In this document: positions 39,283 to 50,202 of the stretch, piece after piece
Numbering within the stretch: position 1 is the stretch's first letter
Layout of the letters: every line of letters begins with the position of its first letter
DNA from: Monocercomonoides exilis PA203
Lineage: Eukaryota; Protista; Preaxostyla
NCBI GenBank assembly: GCA_001643675.2
Contig: LSRY02000009.1
Coordinates: forward strand, 868,001-932,000
Length of the DNA: 64,000 nt
Direction: 5' to 3'
Position numbers and translations under genes: made by a program
Notes under the pieces: generated by a model
Seen by the model: the letters and a program-made list of their open reading frames with translations, nothing else
Database searches by the model: none
What the model was told of the DNA's origin: nothing

Positions 39283-40719
39283 TTTTTAAAAAAAATTTCT
39301 TTATTAATGGGAACGGAATGATCAACATTTTTTGATCATTTTTGATCTAATTTTCAGATCAGTTAAACGTTTGCGACTTTTCAAAAAGAATTACCCATAT
39401 GGCACTTTCTTTTTGAAAAGTCGGAAAACTTTAATTTGCCACCCTTAAAAGATCACAAAATTCAAAAATTCTATTTTGTTGTTCAAATCAATTATCTGCT
39501 GTTATTTGTCAAAAAACTATCATTTTCAAGTTGTTCTGTATTTAAAAAAAAAGAAATCAATTATTCTTTGCATATTATTATTATTTATTTTCGATCAATC
39601 ATAGTTATTCTGTGAGTTATTGCAATGAAAGAAAGGCACAATTGGTAGAAATGATGGAGAGCTCAGAATAACAATTGATTTCTTTAAAGAAAAACACGCA
39701 AACTTTGTTGAAATTCTCTTTTTTCAAAACAAAATAAGGAGTTTGAATATGTGATAAATTTTGCCAATATCACAAATCAATAGTCAATTTTTTGAAAATG
39801 AAGGTGCAAATTTTTTTAGTTTGTTTTGAAATTTTCATTTTTGGCTTTTTTGTAATCAGACGTACACATTTAATCTTTATTTTGAAAAAAATTGTTAAAG
39901 TTTTGAATTTGAATTACAGAACAAACAATGAAAGAAGTTGAAGAATGAAAATTTTGAAAACACTTTAATGGTAGTTTCTTACGATCAAATGTTCGCCCCA
40001 ATAGCAGAAAATGCATCTCTAAAATAATTTTTCATCTGAATTATCGGTTTCAATGTCTCCTGTGACTTCTTAGATAAATGACAATGCATTTCATCCATCT
40101 TCCGCAACCACAGCTTCTTTTCCTCCTTCTTTAAGAAATTTGCCTGATTCGCGTACACGCTTATCAAATTACAACCTGTTGCTAATGAAGGCCAAAACGA
40201 TGAGAAATATGAATGAAATGGTTTACAGACGCCAACGCTCTCGCGCTTTCCAGATTCATGAACATAAAACATCAAATAGCAACCAACTTTTTCACAAATC
40301 TCTTTATAACCATAGTTATGGAATCAGTCTTTCCCTCTTTTTCTTCACACTATTGAATGCCGTTTCATTGCTCCGTGTATGCTGAATACAATTGAGACAG
40401 AAGTTGTCTACAATGATTACTACATCATTCAAACAGCAAGCAGCCAACGAGTGAAGAGGAAGAGGAAGAAGAAGAATTAAAAGAAGAAGAAAATAAAGAA
40501 GAAAGAAGCGGTTGATGTGGTTAGGGTGCTGCTCATAGGCAGTGCAGCAAAAGAGAAGGAAGGTATCAGCTGCTGTAGTTTGAAAGAAGAGCTTGTGGAA
40601 TATGCAGATGAAGATGTTGTTGTTGCCACACGGGCTGGACTGAAATAAACTTCTTTCCTTCTCCGCTATTGTAGCTCGTCGTGGGAAATTTTTCAGTCAT
40701 TTTTGCCTTCGAAGGATGT

Positions 40720-41277
40720 TTAATTTCTTTTAAGCACAGTTTGCTTTAAATGCTTTATTAACATTTGCGGGTCGCATATAAACTTCAGCATATCGAGCAC
40801 CGACTCTTTTTTCTCAATTATCACCACGAAGAAGAGCATCGCAATGATCTGCGAAAAGTCCACGGAGAAATGCGGAATGAGAGGCATCACATACAAAATG
40901 AAGCGGTAGTCTGCGAGCACCCGGCGATACACCCTGTTCATCAGCTGCATGATGATGTTCTGCCTCCTCAGCACACACATCAGCACGGCTAGGTCACCCA
41001 GAAGAAATTCCAGTGCACAGATCGTCCGTATCAACTGGAATAGAGTGGAAGTCGACTCCACAGTAATCAGGAAGATGATCGACAAGCCCTGTGCAGTGTT
41101 GCTCATTCCAGACGTAATCACTGCCAATCTCTGTTTTGTCAGGTAGCTGTCGAACAGGTCGTGCACGCAGCTCATCTGCAGAGCAGAAGAGGAGGAAATA
41201 ACACTGTTGTTTTTGTTGCTATTCCCACTTCCATTGCCGCTGCGTGGCGGATAATTAATGTGCAGTTTGTGGTTCAC
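40720..41277 (-). pseudogene. Unidentified gene fragment (cargo of element B)
   Basis: 185-aa ORF with globular-like composition and higher GC. Neighbouring frames are broken. Confidence 0.35.
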
Positions 41278-42299
41278 TTCATCTCTGGTTTTTCAAATGT
41301 TAGGCTGATTGCATTTTTTTCTTCGTTAGTTTTCTCTTTTTTTCTCTGTCGTCTTTTCAATTTGCACTTCTTTTCCACTTTCTTTTGACTGCTCCATCTT
41401 CTGCATTCAAATTACTCTGCACTGAACTTCCGCTTCTTCAACCACATTAACAAGAAGAGCCAAAAACAGAAGCAGAAGAAGGTGATGTGGTTGCATTTGC
41501 AATTCCGCCAGCCCCAGAATACGACTAGATCCTCCCCCGTGTGCAGAACGACTTGTGCGGAGTACGTTTGAATGATCGCACCTGATGATAAAACTCGCTG
41601 TACAAGTGAGACAGCTTCAGCATAGCGTAGACGCCTGCTTCGCCATGCAGCGAAACGCCTCCAAAGGCAGAGGTGAGGCTGATGCAGCCAAGCAGTCAAA
41701 ACACAGTCGCACGCTGCCGCTCAAACTGTGCAAAGGGGGAAAGAACTGCTGGAACGTCAGCCCTATTGCACTCGCCATATTCAAAAGGAGTGTTATTGCG
41801 AAGGAGAGCTGGCTGCTCAAGGCATCGAAGTTGCGATATTGGCTGCTTGTGCAATTATTGCTTCTACTTCTGCTATTGTAACTGTAACTGCAACTGCATC
41901 TTCGGGATGGTGCCGACTGTCTGGCTTAAGAAGAGTGAAGGGGTTGAAAAAGGAGCTTTTACGTGCAAAGACAAGTCAGAGTCCATAAGCTGGATCTGCA
42001 GGTTGTGTTATTGTGCTTGTTGTAGGTGCAGCAGCAGCAGCTGTTGTTGAAACGGAACCTATTAAAATTGCATATGCAAAGCTTCACCTCTGTTCACGAC
42101 AACTCTGCCAATGTTATCAGGAGCAGAAGCCGGTTGAAGATGGTCTGCTTGAGCAGTCGCATTGATTAGAGTTTCCCGTGCACGTTGAACTCCATATGCT
42201 GATCTTCGAATACATTGAAGTGGATATGAGGGCGCTGCTTGAAGAATGACGGGGCAGAAGAGAGGGGAGGGGATTCATGGTAAGATGATAAAGAGGAAA

Positions 42300-43192
42300 A
42301 AGAAGAGGAAGTGAAAGAAGAGGAAGTGAAAGAAGAGGAAGTGAAAGAAGAAGAGGAGGAGGAAGAAGAGGAAGAAGAGGAAGAAGAGGAAGAAGAGGAA
42401 GAAGAGGAAGAAGAGGAAGAAGAGGAAGAAGAGGAAGAAGAGGAAGAAGAGGAGGAAGAAGAAAGCAATGAACGAACAGTTGCTTATTCGGGCTTTCTCG
42501 TATGCCTCCACTAATTCTGCGTGGCGGACTCATCAAGACACAAGACACACGTCGTCATCCACAAGAAACCTCTTCCATACAACTCGGATCACTCTTGTCA
42601 CTCGCATCTCTTGCATCATTCGTTCCACAACTCGCAAGGTGACAATTGTACATCCTTCAAAACCGAGCAAAAAGCTAACAAGCAGCTGGATGATCCACAG
42701 GAAGATCCCCCTAAGTGTCCTCGTTTTCTTCCGAACTTGTCTTAAGAAAACTCATTTGACGCAAAGGAAAAGAAAAATCAGACGCTTGTTATTTCTCCGG
42801 CACTTGTTCCTTTTTGTTTGTAACCAGAGACGATAACGCAATGTGCGTTACAGGTTATGGGAGTGCTCACGTCCAATAACGAAATGCCAAGCCTTTTGAG
42901 CTTCTCCTCTTTGGCGAGGCAGATGCGGTATAGATGCAGCTTTAGAAGAAGCAGAACACAAATATTTGCTGCCAGAAAAGGATGAAGAAGCATTTATGAT
43001 GTTCAGTCAAGCGAATCGCTGGGTAGCTCAGAGTTGGAGAGGATAATGAATTACTGGCAGAATCCGCGGAAGACGTCATCGGAATTCAACAGCTCCGTAA
43101 TTTTCAATACGCAGCTTCCAGTGAACTTCTTCTTTTTCTCGATGCAGAAGCATGAACAGTGCCTTCCAATTACAACAAATAATCCTCCTTGA
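42300..43192 (+). pseudogene. Unidentified poly-Glu-containing gene fragment (cargo of element B)
   Basis: One frame continues through several in-frame TAA/TGA after the (GAR)n tract. Confidence 0.35.
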
Positions 43193-43659
43193 ATTCAATA
43201 AATCTTCTATTGCATTGAATTGTTGATGCAAAAGAAAAATAATAATAATTAATACGTAATTATTTTTTATTTCAAGTAACTGTTTTTCAAAATAATCAAC
43301 AAAAAGAAATGCAACAAACATCGTTATTTATTTATCAAAAGTCTTTCCCATAAAAGAAACACAAAATATTGTGATTCATGCTATTTATTTCATGAAACAT
43401 GTTTTGAGTCATTTTCTTGCAACTAAATTATTAGCATGTTAAATTAAACAACACAATTCAAAATATAAAAAGAATGCATATATGAAAAATAAATAAAAAG
43501 CTTCACAATGCTTTTGATAGATGAAAACAGGAAAAATAAAAAAAAACCTCCTATCAGATTAATTATTAAAAATTCTATTCTGGTTTATTCAAAAAAAAAA
43601 TAAAATGCAAGAATCGTGTTATTTACTAAGTTTGTGCTTTATAGAAACATTAATGTAAT

Positions 43660-43723
43660 TTGACATATTATTTGTTATTTGATGGAAAATAATTGCCAGA
43701 TGATCTCTGATTTTTCAAAAAGA
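43660..43723. mobile_element. Degenerate internal copy of the element B right subterminal sequence
   Basis: GATCTCTGATTTTTCAAAAAGA at 43702-43723 equals 48310-48331, with weaker similarity upstream. The terminal AAGTGCC is absent. Confidence 0.55.
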
Positions 43724-44479
43724 TTTTTAAACCAGTTAATTTTATTCTATATTCATGATACCCATGTTGAGAGTCTTTCTTCTTTCCGGTTTGTTTTTGA
43801 AATTTGAAATTTTGAAAAACTATCACATGAAAGGATTGTTATTTATCAAAGATCAATTTTTGATAATTTTAGAAGGGTCTGTGTGAAGGGAAACAAACTC
43901 TGTGAATTTTAAATTATGAAGTGTTTAGATAAGGGTTTAATTATCTTTTGGCGTTATGTATTAGTAATCTTGTTTCAATTTATTTTTCACATATAAAGCA
44001 AAATGCATTATTGAGTGAAGAGTGTTTCTTATATCTTAACTCATTCACTCTGATTGCAAATGAAATGCTCTGATTTTCTTGGTTTGTTATTGCTGGAGCG
44101 TTCATCGTTTTTATCCATTTGAATATTATTATTGTATGTTCTTTTGGATAAGAATTTGAATTGTTAGTTATAAAATACATCAGATGAATTAAGTCGTGGA
44201 GAAAAGAAAACAAACGTTGAACATTCATTGTCACAGCACATACCAAAAAATTCTCCGTTCAAATTGAGCGTTTGTTGAACACATTATTAATGACATTTCT
44301 CCTTCAAGTACAAAAATTGCATATCGACCAGACATTGAAAAACCTTCATTTTTTTTTATTCTCCTCATATTCTTCTTTCACAGAATCTGCTGAGATTTTT
44401 TTGGAAAAGCCGCTGAATACAGTGTTCTTTAGTTCAAGGCTTCCACTTGAGTGTTAGTGAAACCATAAACAGGTTGTTA

Positions 44480-45540
44480 ATATGTGGAAACGATGAATGT
44501 GGAGAATAGATCACGGAGCGGTGTTGCATGTAAACTAGATGAACATTCACGGTAGTTGCAACAACCTACTGACAAATAGATCTGATCGAACGAAGAAGCA
44601 TCTGCCTGTAGAAGGACCCAAGCGAAAGCAGCTCGAGCTCAAGATACTCTTTTGCAGGAGAAGAAAAGTTCAATAAAGGGAAAAATGAGAAGCCTCTGTA
44701 CTTGTTGTTTCTAGCAGTTGATGAGATTAACAGGATATTGGACTTTGGGTTTAAGCCAGATGTGGAGAGGATTATGGAATTCACCTTTGGATTACGTCAG
44801 GATGCTTCAAACAGCAGCAAAAAAAACAGAGAAGGTGAAAGTGAACATGACAAAGCATTCTTTGGATGGCCTGATCCAGCACAAAGCCCATCTTTGCCAA
44901 TTCCGTCACAGTCGCCGCCTCCAGTTTCCTTCGGATCATTTTCTTCCTCCTCCTTCCTTATTCGCAAGGCCCGACTTCTTCCTCTGTCAACCTCTCCGCT
45001 GATATTTTTGACCAACAGTCCTTTTGTTCTCTGCGACATTGCCGCTGTGGGTCAACCGTCTGTACCGACACTTTTTGCGTTGAAAGCCTAATTCAGTGTG
45101 GGTTGTTCTCGTGGAATCAGGTGTATTAGCCGCAGCATCAAGCGTGAAGCAAAAAGAAATGAAAATCTAGTGTGAGAAGCTAAGTGGAATTATTGGAAAA
45201 TGTTCAAGGACTTTTGAGAAATCTACAGATTGTTCGTCATCTTTTCTGACAAGAAGGCCTAGGCAAGCGCGCTTTGTGTGTGCCGTTGAAGTCTTTCCGC
45301 TGTCATTAATCGCATGGCTATTTCACCAAGGCTGATAGGGAACAGACACTGAAGTCTTTTTTAATGGGTTCCATTTAAGTAACTTTTACAACAGATTATT
45401 ACCAACGAAAGACATTGATTATCCGCAAATTGAACCGATTATTGTTATATTTGCACTAAAGAAAATAGAGACTGACGTTTATTGTTCTGGAAGAACATGT
45501 TGATGCATACGAGGACGTATATGCATTGCATTGCATTACA
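44480..45540 (+). pseudogene. DEAD-box RNA helicase remnant (cargo of element B)
   Basis: Degenerate motif Ib (TVVATT..IDLIERR), motif II region LAVDEINRILDFGFKPDVERIM, motif III VLLFSATLP (~45018-45044) and a motif V-like DIDYPQI, spread over different frames. Confidence 0.75.
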
Positions 45541-47199
45541 AAATATAAGAGTTCTCCCTGAGATGATAGAAAGGAAGAGCTGATTTCGTTACGAGCACAT
45601 TTCGGCTACTTCAGTAGTGCAGATGATATGAGCAGTTGGAAATGATGGCACAGAACAGATTGTGGCTGTTTCATGTTAACTGATTTCATTCTTCATATAT
45701 GTTGAACAGCTGACGGCAAAAAACTTGAGGAAGAAGAAACAGATGATTAAAACAGAGCTGAACGAAGGGGAGAAGATTTGTGAGGAAAAAGATGATGAGG
45801 ATTCAAAAGACGAAAAAAAAGAAGAGGAAGGAGGAAAATTATTGAAAAAGAAGCTTAATGAGGAAGTCAGAAACATAACGAGAAAAAGGAAAGAAAATAT
45901 GATGAGGACGCAGTAAAATACTGCACAAAGAAAAAAGAAAGGTTTGGAAAGAAAGCTTAGCAGAAGGTGTTAATTATGATGCCTCATGCCGATTCACAAA
46001 AAGTTGGAAACAAAAAGAAACTTCAATTGTTTTATTTTTTTTCCTCTCAATTGCTTTCGCAGCAAGGGAGGAGAAACCCTTCCAGATCTGGTCATCTGGG
46101 AATGCATTGTACAATCTTCGCGCTTTCTTCCCATGGAGTATGATCTATTTTGTGCAGCGCAGCAACTTTATTCGGATAGAAGATCATCTATTTTTTTTTT
46201 TCTGTTTGAAAAAAATGGATTCATTTGTCAGTGCATCTGACTCGTGCTGCTTTTTGTCTCAGACAACTGTTTCAGAGCTGCCGAAGCTTGTCGCCAGAGA
46301 AGAGGTCTCTGCTGTAATCAGGGAGCGAGACAAAAATGTAGGGCGGAAAGGAAGAATCAAAGGGAGAAGCATCAGAGGAGGAGGGGCTTTTGGAAATTGG
46401 AGTGAAAGCAGGAGCAGTGAAAGATGTGGATGAGAAGAAAGATGTTTTGATTTTGGAGGTGGGTATGGAGAATGTGGATCGAGTGGAGGATATTGCAGAA
46501 GAGGAGGAGGGGGAGGGGTGGAGGAAAATGAAATATAACATAAATCAGCTTTTTTGAATCATGCTTTTTCGAACTGATTCGACATTTAATCAACTCAATC
46601 ATTCATATTTTGCATTTATTATATAATTTCAACTTTTCTAAAATTTTAAAACATTTTATTTTGAAATATGCAAAAACAACAAAAGCTTGCTTTTAAAAAA
46701 TATTGAGGACAAGTGAATTTTAAACATGAATATTCAAATATGAAAGAATTGCTCAAAAAAAAAATTGCACATTCTTTATTAATATAAGGAAAAAACTTAG
46801 TGACGCTCAATATGACAAAACTTAAAACTCGATATCTGATACAAGAGGAAATGTGATAATGTTCAAAACCAAACTTTGTTGAGAGAAGCTCTCTCAATAT
46901 TACAAATGAAAATAATGAGATCGGTTTGGAAACAAAAATGTTTTTCAAACAGAGAACACTTATATCCTGCATTTATTCACCTTTCAATTTTTGAACATCC
47001 TTTTCTGTTTGAAGTATTCACAGTTGGGCTTTGCTCGCCATCTTATGTTGTTTCCTTCAGGTCAATTGCATTCAACATCTTCACAAACGCTGCTCTTTCA
47101 CTTAAGTTCCCAACAAACAAAAGCTGCAGCTCGTTCAGAATCTTCCACTCTCACGCTTCTGATGGAGTGTGCACTTCAGCAAACACAAAATATGATGAG

Positions 47200-47821
47200 A
47201 CGCTAGCTACTCAAGATTGGACTCTCCAAGTTCGCTTTTTTCTTCCACACATACTTGGCTCCATTTTCCCTAAAATTGCACTTTTAGCGTCAGACATCCC
47301 AACAGCATCGTCCCAATCGAGAATGCAACAAAGCTCTTTGTTGCTCCCATCTTCTTGTTGATCACCAGCTCAGGTGCCTTCCACATCAAACACTCATTTC
47401 TGAATCCTTCATCATCTTCAAACGCTGATGAAGGAGGAGGTGAGTCTGTGAATCTCTCGCTCATCAACGAAATATTGGAGGAGGAAGAAACAATGCTCAA
47501 TGAAGAGATTGAAGACGAATCTGAACTGTCATCAGAAGAACACTCAGAGTGTATCGCAATGCAGATAACCATGTGTTATGAGAACAGCAATGGGAGACTC
47601 AGTTTGGTCAATGATTGAAGTGGGTTTTCCATTTCGTCAAATAAGTGGAGTGCTCCATTTGCCACCCAGAATAATATCTGAGCAGCTGTTCGTTCTCTTT
47701 CTTTCAATGAATCAATTACCATCCTTTTCTTATCATTTTTTTCACAAAGTTGAATAAACAGCTGAGCAATTTTCACAAAAATAAGTATTGTTCTAAGTGC
47801 CGTTTTTTCAACTTTTTTCAA
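47200..47821 (-). pseudogene. TKL-like (pseudo)kinase C-lobe fragment (cargo of element B)
   Basis: ILFWVANGALH..., ECLMWKAPELV, VAFSIGTMLLGCLTL (subdomains VIII-IX). In-frame TAA at 47576 and a premature stop at 47270. Confidence 0.75.
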
Positions 47822-48841
47822 AATGATAATTCTAAAAATACAAAAGAATGATTAATTTGTTATTTTCTTTTGTTAAAAAATGATTGTTAAAAAAATAAAA
47901 CAACAAAAAAGAATAATGACAAATTATAGAACATACATGATAAATACAATTTCAATGCAAATGATAACTCATTTTTTGATTCACGCTCTATTTTCAAACA
48001 AGTGTACAATCACTCAAATTATTGTTTATTATCAAAGAATAATGAATTATAAGTACCATTAAAAACAGTGTAATAAAAAGATGTTTGAAAAACATACTAT
48101 GAAACCAATGACTTCTTCACATATCAATGAAAATATGAATTGTTAATAAAAAATCAATATCCCTTAAATTTTTATATTACAAAAAGCTATTTTGGTTTGG
48201 GAAAAAAGGAAAAAATGAGAAATGTATTTTGCTTGTGATAAATATCAAAATTGTGCACGATCGTTTTTGGATATATTATAATTTATTTGAAAAAAAACAA
48301 TAACGGGAAGATCTCTGATTTTTCAAAAAGAAAGTGCCATATATTAATCAAGATGTTGTCTTTTTTTCTCTTTTTTTTTCATTTTATTGTTAATTGATTT
48401 TTATTTAGGTTTTGTATTATTATCCGATGTTTTCCGGTTTGTCATGTTCCTTTTAAATTTAATATATTTATATCATACAATTTTGTTGTTTGGTATTTTT
48501 GAAAAAGTTAGGATAAATCCTTTTGATGAATTTGAAACATAAGTTTTTGAAAAATTTTTCTTTTATAACATTTATTCTTCTTTTTAATGAATTATTACAG
48601 CACGCATAGCATTTTGGAATTAAATATTCCAATCACAATAAAAGAATAAAGAGGCTTTTCTCTCATAGAAATTTTTATGTATTTCGAACATTCATTTTAT
48701 CCAAAAAGTTTGATTTTGTGTTAATTATTATTATCACATGTAAGATTACAGAAAATCAGTTATTGATCATTACCTTTTTTTCATTGGAACCTAAATTTTA
48801 TTGATTATTCCTAGCTATTAGAACTCATTTTATAAAAACAT

Positions 48842-48865
48842 GGGTAATTTTTTTCCAAAAGTTCC
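48842..48865. mobile_element. Diverged element-A-type end (mirrored at 50438-50461)
   Basis: ACAT + GGGTAATTTTTTTCCAAAAGTTCC versus ATAT + GGGTAATTCTTTTTGAAAAGTCGC. Confidence 0.55.
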
Positions 48866-48885
48866 TTTTGTTTAATTTTCAAATA

Positions 48886-48927
48886 GGGTCAGTAATTTAT
48901 CATATCCACTTTTTTTTATCGAAACCT
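48886..48927. mobile_element. Diverged pogo-type end (mirrored at 50376-50417)
   Basis: TA + GGGTCAGTAATTTATCATATCCACTTTTTTTTATCGAAACC versus TA + GGGTTATTATTTTATCTTGACACTTTTTCTTTATTCTGACC. Confidence 0.5.
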
Positions 48928-49100
48928 AAATTTTGTGGCTCACAGGAGCACTTTTCGAAAAAAATAAATAATAGAATACATTCAAATTATTTTTATTTAC
49001 TATTCCTGAGAACATTTTTGATTTTTTTGATTTTTTTAATTTTAGTGAAAAGATCAGCCGTTTTTTGTTTTATTTTTTTAGATCAAAGACTTGCTCATAT

Positions 49101-50202
49101 GGGACAAAATATTTGACTTCAGGCATTTTCATTGAAAAATTATGCACATCAGATGAACTTTTTGTGATCAAAAATTTGAAAAAAAATGGGTTTATTTTTT
49201 GAAATACATGCGATGTCACACAACATGTTGTTATTATATCAATGATATTTGCTTGCAGATATGAAAATCTTATTTATTTTGATATCTGGTTTAGTTAAAA
49301 AAATGTTATAAGTGAAACAATTTTTTCAAACTTTGTGCATAAAAAGCTTGAAAGTCCATATTTTCCCCCATATTTTCACGAGCTTTTTGTTTTGAGATTT
49401 TTTAGTGTTGTTATTGTTATTGAACAAAACTTCTTTATAATTTTGGTTATTTTTAATTGTTAAACACTTCGTTTTTTTATTATTTTTTGTATTTCACTAA
49501 ATTTCGACAAATTGAAGATTTTTTTGTGACAATTGAATCACTTTGTTTATTTATGTTGAAAAACAGTTGAAAAAAAGGATTGATATGATCGTCACAAAAA
49601 TTTTGAAATAAAACAACATGATTTGAAGCAAAGAAAGTGATAAAACGCAAATACAAGTATTTCAGTTTTATAATCACTGTTATAAAAATATAGAGATTTT
49701 TTTCCTTTTGCATATCTTTATTTATTGATAATTGATATATTCACCCATTTCAATAAATGAAAAAACATATTTATTCAATTACATTCTTCAATTTGTCGAA
49801 ATTTAGTGAAATACAAAAAATAATAAAAAAACGAAGTGTTTAACAATTAAAAATAACCAAAATTATAAAGAAGTTTTGTTCAATAACAATAACAACACTA
49901 AAAAATCTCAAAACAAAAAGCTCGTGAAAATATGGGGGAAAATATGGACTTTCAAGCTTTTTATGCACAAAGTTTGAAAAAATTGTTTCACTTATAACAT
50001 TTTTTTAACTAAACCAGATATCAAAATAAATAAGATTTTCATATCTGCAAGCAAATATCATTGATATAATAACAACATGTTGTGTGACATCGCATGTATT
50101 TCAAAAAATAAACCCATTTTTTTTCAAATTTTTGATCACAAAAAGTTCATCTGATGTGCATAATTTTTCAATGAAAATGCCTGAAGTCAAATATTTTGTC
50201 CC
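49101..50202. mobile_element. Element E: ~1.1-kb foldback MITE at the palindrome centre, flanked by ATAT
   Basis: ATAT-GGGACAAAATATTTGACTTCAGG ... rc-ATAT; 418-bp arms with a 266-bp spacer. The boundary is independently defined by the relative ending at 2573. Confidence 0.7.

Larger units (their letters stand above)
28413..39396 (-). mobile_element. Element A: 10,984-bp Sola-like TIR transposon with cargo, ATAT TSD
   Basis: Perfect 24-bp TIR GGGTAATTCTTTTTGAAAAGTCGC at 28413-28436 and rc at 39373-39396. ATAT at 28409-12 and 39397-400. A transposase gene starts 114 bp inside the right end. Confidence 0.9.
39401..48338. mobile_element. Element B: 8,938-bp non-autonomous cargo-carrying TIR element, ATAT TSD
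   Basis: TIR GGCACTTTCTTTTTGAAAAGTCGGAAAACTT at 39401 and rc GGCACTTTCTTTTTGAAAAATCAGAGATCTT ending at 48338 (27/31, first 19 identical). ATAT at 39397-400 and 48339-42. Confidence 0.88.
48343..49518. repeat. Inner part of the left arm of the inverted duplication (pairs with 49785-50960)
   Basis: Apparently exact reverse complement (positions sum to 99303). Spacer 49519-49784. Confidence 0.95.

Noticed and set aside
48868-49116. Duplicated 82-aa ORF (also 50187-50435)
   Set aside because: AT-rich F/I/L/K translation crossing transposon-end boundaries. The duplication is only due to the palindrome.
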